Below are positions 1-10,582 of a stretch of DNA of 64,000 nt, one piece after another. This DNA comes from a virus. Lineage: Duplodnaviria > Heunggongvirae > Uroviricota > Caudoviricetes. The position numbers were made by a program, and so were the translations under genes. Position 1 is the stretch's first letter; each line of letters starts with the position of its first letter. The notes beneath the pieces are model-generated. The model saw only the letters and a program-made list of their open reading frames with translations. It was not told the DNA's origin and made no database searches. The DNA is taken from the IMG/VR virus record IMGVR_UViG_3300032167_000028; one strand, 5' to 3'.

Positions 1-1749
1 TTCAAGATGACGATTCTCCTTACTCATCATGGAGAGTTCCATATCTTCTGCAGTCATCTCACCAAGACCCTTGTTACGACCTTGTTCCCAAGTAGGATAT
101 TTCTGACGAAGTTCAGCTAGTTCCTTATCGTTATAAGCAAACACTCGCTGATTACCCTTGGTAAGACGATAAAGTGGAGCCTGAAGCCAACAGAGACGAC
201 CTTCTTCAATAAACTGCGGCATAAGAACAGAGAACATTGTTGCGATTAGACACATAATATTCTTACCGTCTACGTCTGCGTCAACTGCGATAGCAACTTT
301 ACCATAGTTAAGTTTCTTAGGATTATACTTTTCCTGAATGCCACAACCAAGAGCACAAATGATATCACTGATTTCCTGATTTTCAAGACATTCTTCAAGC
401 GGGTGCTTTAGCAGATTCTTCACTTTACCACGAACTGCATAAAGTGCTTCAGTATTAACATCACGAGCTGGCATTAGACCAGCAAGAGCGGAATTACCCT
501 CACAAATAATGAGAAGACTATCTTCTCCATGCTTTTCACAATCCTTGAACTTATCAGGCATCTGAACCTTACGACGCTTAGCCGCGGCTTCCTTACGTTC
601 CTGACCAAGAATTGCATTTCTTGCACGCTCAGCCGCTTCGTCTGCTTTCTCAATCTTACGAAGAAGCGCAACTACAGTATTGAACTCATCATTATAATCA
701 CTATACATCTGCTTGATTGCAGCGGTAAAAGCGTTAGAAGTCAGAGTACGAAGAGAAGCATTGTTAATCTTACTCTTAGTCTGGTTTGCGAAAGAAGGAT
801 TAGCTACCTTGCAATTCATTACAAAGAACAAGCCTTCTCGAATCTTATCACCATCAAATTTAGCATTAGCAAGACCATTGAGAACCTTGGTAATAGAAGT
901 TCTCGCACCAGTAATAGGTGTGCCGCCTTCCGGGCAAAGCAAACCATTTACAAATACATAAGAACGTTCCTTTCCGGCACCCCACTGAAAAGCAATTTCA
1001 ACGCTATCCTCTTCATTAGAAGCAGAAGCAGTAATGATGTGCTTATGAAGCGGTTTATAAGCATTATCTTTAATAAAATCGGTAATACCATTCTTAGCAC
1101 AGAATTCAACACGATCTTCTGTGCCATCCATTAGCTTACCAGTTACCACAAAGGTAATTCCACTATAAAGATAAGAAATGGCTTTAATATCTTCACAAAT
1201 TCTCTCATAAGAGAAACCAATCTCACCATTACAGAATACTTCTGGGTCTGGAATAAAAAGAACTTCGGTACCATTCGGTTCAGTGGTTGGTACTTCCGTG
1301 TAAAAAGATAGTTCACCTTTTACAAAAGAAGCAGACGCCATAATACCATTACGATAAGACTTTACCTGAAACTGTTTAGAAGAAAGACAAACACAAGAAC
1401 CACCAATACCATTAAGACCAGAGGCGTTCTTGTAACTATCATTGCTAAATTTACCACCAGTGTGGCTTTTTGTATAAATAGACACGAGAACATTCTCGCC
1501 ATCTTCACGAATACCAAATGGAACTCCGCGGCCAAAGTCACGAACAATAATTGAATTAGAAGATTCACCTACTTCAATTTCAATCTTCTTACCATAGCCA
1601 GCAAGAGCTTCGTCTGTACTATTATTGATAATTTCCTTTAGAGCCTGATATGTGCCTTCAATATCATCAGAACCGAGATACATCTGGATTCTCTTTCGCA
1701 CACCTTCTCGGAAGGAAAGGCTTTCAATTGAATTAATATCGTAAGCCAT
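1..1749 (-). CDS. gyrB: Type II DNA topoisomerase subunit B (GyrB/ParE-like), 3' end runs off the window
   Basis: Manual translation from ATG at 1749: GHKL ATPase motifs (EIINNSTDE, DFGRGVP, HTGGKF, GLNGIGGS) and TOPRIM motifs (ICEGNSA, VRGKV, DADVDG, KGLGEM); AGGAG RBS. Confidence 0.93.
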   Translation of the reverse strand, partial: MAYDINSIESLSFREGVRKRIQMYLGSDDIEGTYQALKEIINNSTDEALAGYGKKIEIEVGESSNSIIVRDFGRGVPFGIREDGENVLVSIYTKSHTGGKFSNDSYKNASGLNGIGGSCVCLSSKQFQVKSYRNGIMASASFVKGELSFYTEVPTTEPNGTEVLFIPDPEVFCNGEIGFSYERICEDIKAISYLYSGITFVVTGKLMDGTEDRVEFCAKNGITDFIKDNAYKPLHKHIITASASNEEDSVEIAFQWGAGKERSYVFVNGLLCPEGGTPITGARTSITKVLNGLANAKFDGDKIREGLFFVMNCKVANPSFANQTKSKINNASLRTLTSNAFTAAIKQMYSDYNDEFNTVVALLRKIEKADEAAERARNAILGQERKEAAAKRRKVQMPDKFKDCEKHGEDSLLIICEGNSALAGLMPARDVNTEALYAVRGKVKNLLKHPLEECLENQEISDIICALGCGIQEKYNPKKLNYGKVAIAVDADVDGKNIMCLIATMFSVLMPQFIEEGRLCWLQAPLYRLTKGNQRVFAYNDKELAELRQKYPTWEQGRNKGLGEMTAEDMELSMMSKENRHLE

Positions 1750-1779
1750 GTTAGACTCCTTTTCTTATTTCTTTCTTAT

Positions 1780-1808
1780 ATTATACAATAAAATTTTTAT
1801 ATTGTCAA
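1780..1808 (-). promoter_or_regulatory. sigma70/sigmaA-type promoter for the topoisomerase gene
   Basis: Minus strand TTGACA-17 nt-TATAAT with extended -10 TG. Confidence 0.85.
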
Positions 1809-1812
1809 ATTA

Positions 1813-2172
1813 TTAAATCAACCACATACCATTATGAATACTTATCACTTTTGCTCCACAGTAAGGACAGAATTCCATATAATCCATCATACGAGCATAA
1901 GTAGGAATAAATTCTTTACATATTGTACATTGGGCATAGTGCATATCTGGATCTCGTTCATAATCAGTAATAAATTCTGTTGTTCGGCTATAAATATCTT
2001 CTTCCTTATGAATAGGGAAGAAGTCAATAACTTTCTTTACACGTTCCGCAGGATAAAGTTGTACACCATTAAATTCGGTAACTGGTAATTGATTGATAGC
2101 ATTTTTTAAACTATCTTTTTCAATATATTTCATAATTATTCCTCTGATACAAATAGGCTGTAATTTTTGCAA
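1813..2172 (-). CDS. hypothetical phage protein with C-terminal zinc ribbon
   Basis: CTIC...CPYCGA motif. Confidence 0.6.
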   Translation of the reverse strand: MQKLQPICIRGIIMKYIEKDSLKNAINQLPVTEFNGVQLYPAERVKKVIDFFPIHKEEDIYSRTTEFITDYERDPDMHYAQCTICKEFIPTYARMMDYMEFCPYCGAKVISIHNGMWLI

Positions 2173-2378
2173 TTTTTTTCACAATCACAATTGCGTTCAC
2201 AACCATATACATAATATGCACGAGCACAATAATTACATGGATCAAGATTTCCAAGTTTAATTACATATGCCTTTTTCTGATTTGAATCGGGCTGGTGAGA
2301 AAGCTCACATACTGCCGCGGCAGTTGCATTTGAATAAGTTTTTCCACAAGTATCGCACATATAAATAGTAGTCATCAT
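2136..2378 (-). CDS. hypothetical Cys-rich protein
   Basis: CDTC, CELSH, CNYC motifs; packed in gene order. Confidence 0.55.
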   Translation of the reverse strand: MMTTIYMCDTCGKTYSNATAAAVCELSHQPDSNQKKAYVIKLGNLDPCNYCARAYYVYGCERNCDCEKNCKNYSLFVSEE

Positions 2379-2446
2379 ATCACCCCTTATAATAATATTA
2401 TACTACAAAAATTATAAAGAGTCAAAAAGTGAGTGGATTAACCACC

Positions 2447-3694
2447 TCACTTAATTAAATCGCACATCTGAGCAACAGCAGAACGTTCTGGTTTGATTAA
2501 TTCAATTGTACCAAATTTGGGATGACCTTTTAAACTATTGACTAAAGTAGCAATTCCACTATTTTTCTTAAAGATATCTAGGTCCGCTTGTGCTTCATCA
2601 CCTAGAATCCAAAGTTCACTTCCTTCACCAACACGACCAACAATAAGTTTTATAATATTGCTTGTAAGGTTTTCACCTTCATCTACAAATATAATACTAT
2701 TATTAAAACTGCGGCCGCGTAAGAATCCAACATGTATTGGTTCAATAATACCTTGATCAACATAATTTTCTAGTGCTTCAAGACCACCAAGATGATCGGC
2801 AAGTGGCATCATATAAGGAAGTAGCTTATCATATTCGTCACCGGGTAAGGCACCAAGTGCTTTGGAGCCAGCAACCTCAATATTATTACGAATATAAACA
2901 AGTTTATCAAATTTATGGAATTGAATTAAATGCATAGCATGAGCTAAAGCAAGATAAGTCTTTCCGGTACCATAGTTACCACGACAAAGCTTAATAGGAA
3001 TTTTACGATTTTGAAGCAGATCAAAATACATTTTTTGCTGAATATTACGAGGTTGAATCTTACCAAAATATTCAGAATTAATGTCTTTATAATTTAAAGA
3101 ACTATATTCTGTTCCGTCCCATTTAATTAAATCACAAACTTCTCCATCAGCATCATGCAATTCTACATACTCATTTATCTCAGCATTTAGACTATTGTCC
3201 TCAGGATTGCTGTAAATATGATCAAGAGTAGTATCACAAGCGTGAACTACACGGTATCCTGACCAAAGATTCTCTTTATACTTTTCTTCTTCAAAATATT
3301 CTACTTGTATTTCTGGGAATCTATCTTTTACTATTAAATATTGACAAGCATCTTGAGTAATAAATACTACTTTATATTTCTTTGTAAGTAAGAGAGCTTC
3401 ACATATTAACAAACTATCATTCTTACGTTCAAGAAAACGATGCTTTTTCATTATACGTTCCAAATCTTCTTGCGAAAAAATTTCGTGTTTGAAAGTATTT
3501 GTCCGCATTAATTTTCTTACTAATGACCGGGCCGCATACTTTACACTATCATCTTTAACGCTACTCGTTTTAATATGTTCGAGTTCGTCGAAAACAATCG
3601 AACTAATATAAGTATTCTCCTAGATGGGAGCACCACCAAGGAGAGCACTAGTATCATAGAAAAAGATTAATTCCTTATTCTTTTCCATTTTCAT
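2447..3694 (-). CDS. phoH: PIN-domain PhoH-family ATPase (one in-frame TAG read as sense)
   Basis: Track ORF 2447-3508 has the PhoH P-loop (GNYGTGKT), RGRSF and DEGEN. Reading through one TAG extends it to ATG 3694 (GAGG RBS) and restores the PIN start FFYDTSALL...VFDELEHIK. Confidence 0.88.
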
Positions 3695-4295
3695 ATATAT
3701 CATCCTCACCAATAATAATATCAATTAGACCTTTTTCTTTCATTTCTTTTGCGGTCAAATACCATTGATGACGTTCATGTTCTTTATATTCTTCTGCAGT
3801 AATATTTGTATTTGCTACAACATAATCACGAATTGAATGATCGACCCTACGATTAAATTCAATACGATCTTCAACTGATAAAGATTCACCATCAACAGCC
3901 GTATAACCACTATGGAATAAAGCAAAGGTAAATGGATAACAATATTTGGTGACATTTGGGTTTTTGTTGCCAGAAGAAAGAATAATTGTTCCCATTGAAC
4001 AGGCATAACCCATTACATAAATTTCAAGAGGTTTTTTGTAATTGTCGATAATATTACAAAGAATTAAACCATCACTAACTGATCCGCCCGGTGTAGAAAG
4101 AATAAGTTTTACTGGCTCAAAATTATCATCATTTTCAAATTCTTTAAGCGGTAAAATAACCATTTCTACAATATTGGTATCTACATCAGTATTAAAAACC
4201 ACTGTTCTATGATTAAAATAATGATTAAAATATTGATATGTTACCGGATCTAAGTTAGAATTTTGTTCAACTAAGGTTAAAAATCCATCAGGCAT
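3675..4295 (-). CDS. clpP: ClpP-family serine protease
   Basis: ILSTPGGSV, GYACSMGTIIL (catalytic Ser), ALFHSG, YLTAKEMKEKGLID. Confidence 0.9.
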   Translation of the reverse strand: MPDGFLTLVEQNSNLDPVTYQYFNHYFNHRTVVFNTDVDTNIVEMVILPLKEFENDDNFEPVKLILSTPGGSVSDGLILCNIIDNYKKPLEIYVMGYACSMGTIILSSGNKNPNVTKYCYPFTFALFHSGYTAVDGESLSVEDRIEFNRRVDHSIRDYVVANTNITAEEYKEHERHQWYLTAKEMKEKGLIDIIIGEDDIYENGKE

Positions 4296-4418
4296 ATATA
4301 AAATCCTCCTGGGTTTATTGAGAATAATTTTCTCTAATTATAAGTAAGTTTAAAAGATGCTCCGCCAATTAATTATTTCTAATCAAAAAATATAATTGGA
4401 CAAAGTTATCCTTAAACC

Positions 4419-4604
4419 TCATATAAAGACAATAACTTTTTTATTAAGTTTCTTAAAATCATTCACAATATACGCCATTTCAGCAAAACGTTTTTTTGGA
4501 AAAACATAATAAGTATTACTTATTTGTATCTTTTGTTCAGGATATTTATCCCAATCAATTTTATTTTCGTAATCAAAGACTAGTGTAACAAACTCTTCTT
4601 CCAT
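4419..4604 (-). CDS. hypothetical protein
   Basis: ORF with GAGGAG RBS. Confidence 0.5.
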   Translation of the reverse strand: MEEEFVTLVFDYENKIDWDKYPEQKIQISNTYYVFPKKRFAEMAYIVNDFKKLNKKVIVFI

Positions 4605-4614
4605 ACTCCTCTCT

Positions 4615-4727
4615 TTCGGTTAAAGTTGCTTCATCGAGCACGCAGTGCGAGATGAAAGCTACTTCTGACCGAAGCATTGATACGAATAAGGTTCGGCACG
4701 AAGTGCTGAACCGCATGAGTTCAATGC
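4615..4727. repeat. two nested inverted-repeat hairpins with cGNAg triloops in a ~390-bp non-coding gap
   Basis: ttcggt..accgaa enclosing gcac-gca-gtgc; gcattga..tcaatgc enclosing ggttcggcac-gaa-gtgctgaacc. Confidence 0.6.
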
Positions 4728-4999
4728 CAATATTTATTCATATATTTATCCCTACGGCAAAGATAAAAAAATAATTTATCTTGCTCCATATTATTGGAGC
4801 GTTATCAGCGGCCCTACGATAACTTACGCTTCCTCCCTCATTTAACTTAGATTTTCATCCATATGTCCGTAGTAGAGATCTACGGATTGACGCCCTGACG
4901 ATTCGTCATTGAGCGGAAGGATTCTTGCGGCGGGACCTTCTCCCTGTCTTATCGCATCGGCACGCGGCGTTTTTATAAAGTCAATTACGCAAAGACTTA

Positions 5000-5266
5000 T
5001 TATTTGGATTTAGCTGTTACATGAATACAACCAGTTGGTAAATCTTCTGAAGCTGTCAAATCAGCACAACTAATTGTTATAGCATTTGAAATATCGTTTT
5101 TATCTATAATAGCACTAGTAACATCTGTATAAGTATGTCCATTTAAACTTTCGCATATACCACGAGAAGTAGAGTTACTTGCCCAAGTAATTTCATCAGT
5201 GCGATATGTCGGTTGATATTTAATGTTCTCTTCTTTAAAAGTTAGCCACTTGGAAATAAATTCCAT
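5000..5266 (-). CDS. hypothetical protein
   Basis: ORF track, co-oriented. Confidence 0.45.
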   Translation of the reverse strand: MEFISKWLTFKEENIKYQPTYRTDEITWASNSTSRGICESLNGHTYTDVTSAIIDKNDISNAITISCADLTASEDLPTGCIHVTAKSK

Positions 5267-5324
5267 TATAGCCGCTTGCTCTTTTTCAGATTCATAAAAT
5301 AACTCTACTTTCTTCTACTTTGAA

Positions 5325-5624
5325 TTAATCGTAAACTCCATCGATTTCCTCCATATGTCGATAAGGGATATGTGGTACATAAGAATCAAGAAAAACACGA
5401 CGACGACAAGGATAAAGTTCTCCATGAACTCCTCGAATAATATAATCATCTCCAGAACACCACATTGGCCCTTCCAAAGTTAAAATACAAATTCGAACTT
5501 TATCGCCTTCAATTCTAATTTCTTTTTCATTACAATCTTCAAACCATTTTGGAATGGTATTATTTTTTATACTCTCGTTAAAGCAAAAAGCTTCAATAGG
5601 AATAGGCTTCTTTATATAATACAT
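5325..5624 (-). CDS. conserved phage hypothetical protein (TLEG..DYII..GE.YPC family)
   Basis: YIKKPIPIEA, TLEG, GDDYIIRGVHGELYPC. Confidence 0.7.
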   Translation of the reverse strand: MYYIKKPIPIEAFCFNESIKNNTIPKWFEDCNEKEIRIEGDKVRICILTLEGPMWCSGDDYIIRGVHGELYPCRRRVFLDSYVPHIPYRHMEEIDGVYD

Positions 5625-5631
5625 AATTACC

Positions 5632-6774
5632 TCAACCGATAATTTTCTTTAAAGTGCAATCTTCAATATCCATATCGGTATCTCGAATAGTAACCAGTTT
5701 TGGATGACGAATAGAATAATTACCATCCTTATCCTGAGAAAGCATCATACCAGTAATTTTTACGGGACACATATGCCAATTATCATAATCATTCTTTAAC
5801 TGTTCGCGGAACTCTTCGGTTAAACCAGAACACTTACAAAGAACAATTGGATTATGATTTTCGTCATAAACCGCACATTTAATAGCACCAGGCCAATCAT
5901 GATAGCAACTTTTCGTGATTGGAATAATTGTTGCACCGTTTACATAATCAGGATAATAATTACCGAGCATCTTTTCACCAGAGCGATGATTCATCCAATA
6001 AGACCAAGTCTCAACTTCTTTACCAGTATATTCCTGAGTAGCAGGCTCTGTTCCATAGATAAAACAATCTACGTCAATTTCAATTTCCTGCTTTACCTTT
6101 AAAGTCTGCCATGCAGGAGTATCGCCTTCACAGGGCCGCATATCTTTATGATAAAGAACCACACCTTCTCCTCCGGCATTGAAAATGGCATCAATCTTAT
6201 CAAAAAATGTTTCTGGTTTTGCTTCATAATATTTTACATAATCTACAAGAGGACTATTAATTGCTTTCGCGGCCATAGGAAGATACTTGATTCTTTCCAA
6301 AATTGGAGCATTAAGTAAACTTACACCATTGTAATACCAGCAATCAAAGATTCGATATTTTAGAATCTTATCTCCCTTTTGACGAGACAGAGCTTTATCA
6401 GGAAGACAACGAAGAATAGTTCCTACGTCCTTATCTCGACCATCATCCAAATAAATTTCACCAATCAACATGGTAGTATCATGAAAAGCTTCGCGAAGGG
6501 AATCAGAAAAAAGAACCTTATCTTGAAACTCACCATAAGTTCCAGTTTTCTTACTTACTGTTCGGCTCTGGAGAATCATTTCTCCATCCATCCAAATCAT
6601 GCGACTCCAGTTGCCATCAGTCTTCAAACTATAAATATATTGATTAGTATCAAGAAGAAACTTTAAACGCTCCTGTTTCTTCTGCGGAGTATAAGCAGAA
6701 GAAAAGGAGTAATATTTCATAGGTTTGAGTTCAAAAAGATCTTTATTCTCTGGAATCATTTTCAATCTCCTCAA
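5632..6774 (-). CDS. ATP-dependent DNA ligase
   Basis: KTDG adenylation motif, GEIY, FDC, EGVVL, LKVK, SIRHP. Confidence 0.88.
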   Translation of the reverse strand: MRRLKMIPENKDLFELKPMKYYSFSSAYTPQKKQERLKFLLDTNQYIYSLKTDGNWSRMIWMDGEMILQSRTVSKKTGTYGEFQDKVLFSDSLREAFHDTTMLIGEIYLDDGRDKDVGTILRCLPDKALSRQKGDKILKYRIFDCWYYNGVSLLNAPILERIKYLPMAAKAINSPLVDYVKYYEAKPETFFDKIDAIFNAGGEGVVLYHKDMRPCEGDTPAWQTLKVKQEIEIDVDCFIYGTEPATQEYTGKEVETWSYWMNHRSGEKMLGNYYPDYVNGATIIPITKSCYHDWPGAIKCAVYDENHNPIVLCKCSGLTEEFREQLKNDYDNWHMCPVKITGMMLSQDKDGNYSIRHPKLVTIRDTDMDIEDCTLKKIIG

Positions 6775-7312
6775 TCATTGTTTTAATATGAGTAAAGAAA
6801 TCATTAATAAAATCAGTCTTATTAATTATAGTATAATCGAAATTTTTATAATTGTCAAGTTCGCATTCGGATTGATGATTACGCTGAGCTTCAGTCATAT
6901 TATCTGTATCATTATTTTTTTCACGAATAATAAGAACAGTAGTGATTGAAGCTCCGATTTCTTCCATATAAAGATTTAAAGTAGTATACTCATTCATAAA
7001 TCGCCAATCAGGAATGATAGCAATATCAAAATCGTCTCTAATGCAATAGAGCAATTCCGCAACAGTATAAACCCAGAAGTTGGGGTTATAAGAACGAACC
7101 TGATCTGTAGCAAATTCTTGAATACGAGTACGATATTCTATGGTTCGTTCATGAGGAGTATTATAATATTTCTCAAGAACATACTTTACATAATCAGCAA
7201 AAGCAATAACAATAACTCGTTTTCCACGCTGCTCATAATATTGCTTCATACAGGTCGCGGCGGTATCTTTACCACTTTGGGCACGAGCATGGATTAAATA
7301 GACTTTCTCCAT
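6743..7312 (-). CDS. deoxynucleoside monophosphate kinase-like P-loop kinase
   Basis: ARAQSGKDT P-loop, FAD, IIPDWRFMNE, HQSE. Confidence 0.8.
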   Translation of the reverse strand: MEKVYLIHARAQSGKDTAATCMKQYYEQRGKRVIVIAFADYVKYVLEKYYNTPHERTIEYRTRIQEFATDQVRSYNPNFWVYTVAELLYCIRDDFDIAIIPDWRFMNEYTTLNLYMEEIGASITTVLIIREKNNDTDNMTEAQRNHQSECELDNYKNFDYTIINKTDFINDFFTHIKTMIEEIENDSRE

Positions 7313-7653
7313 TAATTATTCTCCTTTTTTGATAATGGAAGTAAATTTAAAAATTTTTCATATTCTTTTTCTGAAAGATAAACATATTGAGTAGTTTTAT
7401 AATCACCTAGACGTTCCTCTTCCAGAAAATTAAAAATAAAAAATCTATTACAATCAGTTCCCATTATTTGAGTAGTTTCATAACCACAGATTTCAAAACC
7501 AGTTTTTATATCTTTCCAAATAGTCAGCTTTTCTCGTGGGGTAGTTTTAATAATTTCATTTTTTGGAAGTCGATAAAAATAAGCTTCATAATCTTTTTTA
7601 TCAACTTCATAAATATCAATTTTATCTATATTAATTTGTTCCATAATCCTCAC
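7312..7653 (-). CDS. hypothetical protein
   Basis: ORF abutting both neighbours. Confidence 0.55.
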   Translation of the reverse strand: MRIMEQINIDKIDIYEVDKKDYEAYFYRLPKNEIIKTTPREKLTIWKDIKTGFEICGYETTQIMGTDCNRFFIFNFLEEERLGDYKTTQYVYLSEKEYEKFLNLLPLSKKENN

Positions 7654-8123
7654 CGTGGGTTGGCCGCGCTTTGAGCAAGTTGGTCAACTAGATTATTATA
7701 ATGATTATCAGCATGTCCTTTTACTTTATGGAAGAAAAAAGATTTACGCTGAAAATAGGGAATAATTTGTTCCCAAAGATCTACATTAGCAACAGGTTTT
7801 TTGGCACTATTTCTCCATCCATTTTTAAGCCAAGCGATCCACCATTCTTGTAAATAACAATTAATAAAATAAGCACTATCAGAGTAAATATGATATTCAT
7901 ATTTGGGATCCCAAAAATGCTCTTCAATTGCTTTTAAAGCTTCAATCGCGGCTTGGAGTTCCATTCGTTGATTGGTGGTATCATTTACATGGCCATTATC
8001 TTTACGAATTAAATCGCCATCAAAAAGAATACAATATGCCCAGCCGCCACTTTTATGAGCGGGATCAGTTCCCTTGGCACTACCATCTGTATAAATTTCA
8101 TATGTTAAAATACTTTTATTCAT
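7650..8123 (-). CDS. rnhA: ribonuclease HI
   Basis: YTDGS, TNQRMELQA, SDSAY, W..NGW, N.DLW, VKGHA...N..VD.LA. Confidence 0.95.
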   Translation of the reverse strand: MNKSILTYEIYTDGSAKGTDPAHKSGGWAYCILFDGDLIRKDNGHVNDTTNQRMELQAAIEALKAIEEHFWDPKYEYHIYSDSAYFINCYLQEWWIAWLKNGWRNSAKKPVANVDLWEQIIPYFQRKSFFFHKVKGHADNHYNNLVDQLAQSAANPR

Positions 8124-8208
8124 ACTTAACTCCTTTCTCTTTCTTTAATTATAACACAGATTTTTAAAAAAGTAAAAAAAATAAGAGCCGTAAAATCGGC
8201 TCTTATAA

Positions 8209-8619
8209 TTATTGTCTTGAGTATAGTTCCTCTCGGCTTTCTGGTAATTCAAGAATTTCTTTGTAATATCTTTCACTCCATCCGTCTTTACCGAGATTAT
8301 GAATTTGGTCGTAATAACGCTTTGCATCTTGCTTTTCTTCTAAGGAAGCCCAATGCTTAACGTGTAAGCGATTATGCAATTGTTGTAAACTTTCAAAGAG
8401 CTCGACTTGTAATCCCTCTTTCATAACGCCAATTTCCTTAGTAACTGCGTCCATCTTACCCATTTGAATATTTTGACCATTTTGAAGTGCCTTTAAATGA
8501 GCATCAATACGCTCTAAAGCATCATTAGTGGCTTTTTGATTATCAGCATAGGCAGTAATTTCGAAGAGAGAGGTAAAGAATTGAGCGATTTTATGAAAGA
8601 TTTCACGTACTTTTTCCAA
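8209..8619 (-). CDS. hypothetical phage protein (coiled-coil, possible holin-associated family)
   Basis: TTG start with GAGGTG RBS; C-terminal Y..IH.LG.DG...ILELP pattern. Confidence 0.5.
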   Translation of the reverse strand: MEKVREIFHKIAQFFTSLFEITAYADNQKATNDALERIDAHLKALQNGQNIQMGKMDAVTKEIGVMKEGLQVELFESLQQLHNRLHVKHWASLEEKQDAKRYYDQIHNLGKDGWSERYYKEILELPESREELYSRQ

Positions 8620-8677
8620 AGGAACTCACCTCCTCAAAATTAAGTATCTGAGAAGGTTATATTTGAAAACTTTTTTC

Positions 8678-8965
8678 CTACACTGTACCAACTCGTTCGT
8701 TGATTATTTTTAAAAAATCACTAGCATTTGAGTATTTAGAAAAACTAAAGTTTACATAAGGAAAGCTTTTGGAAACAATCACCTTAGCTTCAAAAGAACT
8801 ACACAAATAATGTATAAATTCTTTCGGCTCGTAGTCAAACAATTTGTAGATTAAAAAGTTAGTATCGTATGGAGTATAAATTTCTTTTATCGTAGAAAGA
8901 TATGACGCAGTAGGAATAATATAATATCTATTCTCACGCTCTTCTATTTTAAAGGATCCCATCAT
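8678..8965 (-). CDS. hypothetical protein
   Basis: ORF track, overlaps upstream gene end. Confidence 0.5.
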   Translation of the reverse strand: MMGSFKIEERENRYYIIPTASYLSTIKEIYTPYDTNFLIYKLFDYEPKEFIHYLCSSFEAKVIVSKSFPYVNFSFSKYSNASDFLKIINERVGTV

Positions 8966-9278
8966 TTCTTCTTAGTTCCTCACTTAAATCTTTAAGTAAT
9001 TCATAATAACGACGATATACTTGTTCTTCATCGCAATCCTTTAACCAAAGAATTTCTTTTTCTTCGGGGACTGTTTGATTGTTGCAAATAACTTCTATTT
9101 GCTCTGGAATTACTTTATTACTTTCATCGGTTTCAGTTTCACTAATAATGCGTTTAACAAGAACACTACTTAAATTGCTTCGTCGAGCAACTTCAGCATA
9201 GTTATTAGTTTCTTTGTACCAATTAATTATATTTTGACGTAATTCTGGAGTAGGTTCATATCGTTTAGGCATATACAC
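8949..9278 (-). CDS. putative HTH DNA-binding protein
   Basis: NYAEVARRSNLSSVLVKRII resembles a helix-turn-helix. Confidence 0.55.
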   Translation of the reverse strand: MYMPKRYEPTPELRQNIINWYKETNNYAEVARRSNLSSVLVKRIISETETDESNKVIPEQIEVICNNQTVPEEKEILWLKDCDEEQVYRRYYELLKDLSEELRRNDGIL

Positions 9279-9337
9279 ACCTCATACTTTTCTATAATTT
9301 ATTTTACCATAAAATTTAAAAAAAGTAAAGAGGCTTA

Positions 9338-10582
9338 TTAAGCCTCTTTTAAAATAAAGTTTAAAATTACACCAACGATTAATGCAAGAGCAGTAGCAGT
9401 AAAACTAATGATGGAATTGCCAATAACTAGACCGCTAATACCCAAAGAAAGAACCGCAGAAGTGATAACAAGATTCTTTTGAACATTTAAATCAACCTGC
9501 TGTAACATTTTGATACCACTACAAGCAATGTAGCCATATAGAATTAAAGCAGAGCCACAGAATACGCAACTTGGAATGGAAGAAATGAAAGCTTGAACTG
9601 GAGCGAAAAATCCAAGTAGGATAAGCATTAACGCAGCACCAAAAGTTACACGAGTAGATGCCACTTTAGAGAATCCAACAGTAGCCACGCCCTCACCATA
9701 AGAGCAAGAACCAAGTCCACCAATACATCCATTTAGGAGATTTGCTATACCAGTACCAAGGAAAATGCGGCTTAAACCAGGAGTTTTGTAAAGATCGGTA
9801 CCGATGATACCACCCAGAGCCGCGTGATCACTTAGACACTCCATTAATGCAGATATAGTATATGCTGCGTAGATAACAGCAATGGAGAACATGCTGATTA
9901 CATCAATGCTGCCCCAATATGTAAAACCAAAATCTGGAACATGGAACCAAGTAAGATTATTGAAAACAGAGAAATCAACAATTGGATACAAACCCGTAAT
10001 TGTGATTAGAATCGCCGCGGCATAACCAATTAATGTACCAAGTAAAAAAGGAAGAATTTTACTAATACCTTTAGCATAATGAGAGATAATTGCAATCGCC
10101 AGCATTGTAATCATTGCAACTGCCATACCCCACATATTAGTTGCCCCATTAATCTGTACATAAGTTAGACAGAACGGCATTAGGTTAATACCAATTACAC
10201 AAGTTATTGCACCAATAAGAGCTTTTGGAAAAACTTTATAAATACTTTCTACTGGAACTTTAGCAAAAATGTAACTAAAAATACAATAGATAACACAGGA
10301 AACCAAACCACCAAACGCGGCTCCAGTATATCCCGCGGTCGCCAATGCTGTCATAACTGGAGCAACGAAAGCACCAGAGGATGAAATAAACATTGGACTA
10401 GAAAAACCAGTGGTACATAAGTAAGCAATTGTACTAATACCAGCACCGACTAATGCAGCACTAACACTTGTTCCGCAAATGTTAGCAATAAGAATGGTTG
10501 CTACAATTACAGAAAGCATTAGCTGTGTTGAGAATAAAAACCATTCTTTAAATGGTAGTTTGTCTTTAATATTATAAATCAT
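9338..10582 (-). CDS. NCS2-family uracil/xanthine permease
   Basis: Multi-TM; QLML, SSGAF, ME..D, SYGEGVAT signature, CGSALILYGYI. Confidence 0.9.
   Translation of the reverse strand: MIYNIKDKLPFKEWFLFSTQLMLSVIVATILIANICGTSVSAALVGAGISTIAYLCTTGFSSPMFISSSGAFVAPVMTALATAGYTGAAFGGLVSCVIYCIFSYIFAKVPVESIYKVFPKALIGAITCVIGINLMPFCLTYVQINGATNMWGMAVAMITMLAIAIISHYAKGISKILPFLLGTLIGYAAAILITITGLYPIVDFSVFNNLTWFHVPDFGFTYWGSIDVISMFSIAVIYAAYTISALMECLSDHAALGGIIGTDLYKTPGLSRIFLGTGIANLLNGCIGGLGSCSYGEGVATVGFSKVASTRVTFGAALMLILLGFFAPVQAFISSIPSCVFCGSALILYGYIACSGIKMLQQVDLNVQKNLVITSAVLSLGISGLVIGNSIISFTATALALIVGVILNFILKEA

Noticed and set aside
474-1568. Track ORFs 474-671, 529-1134, 713-961 and 1362-1568
   Set aside because: Shadow ORFs overlapping the topoisomerase B gene, which the track missed because it runs off the window edge.
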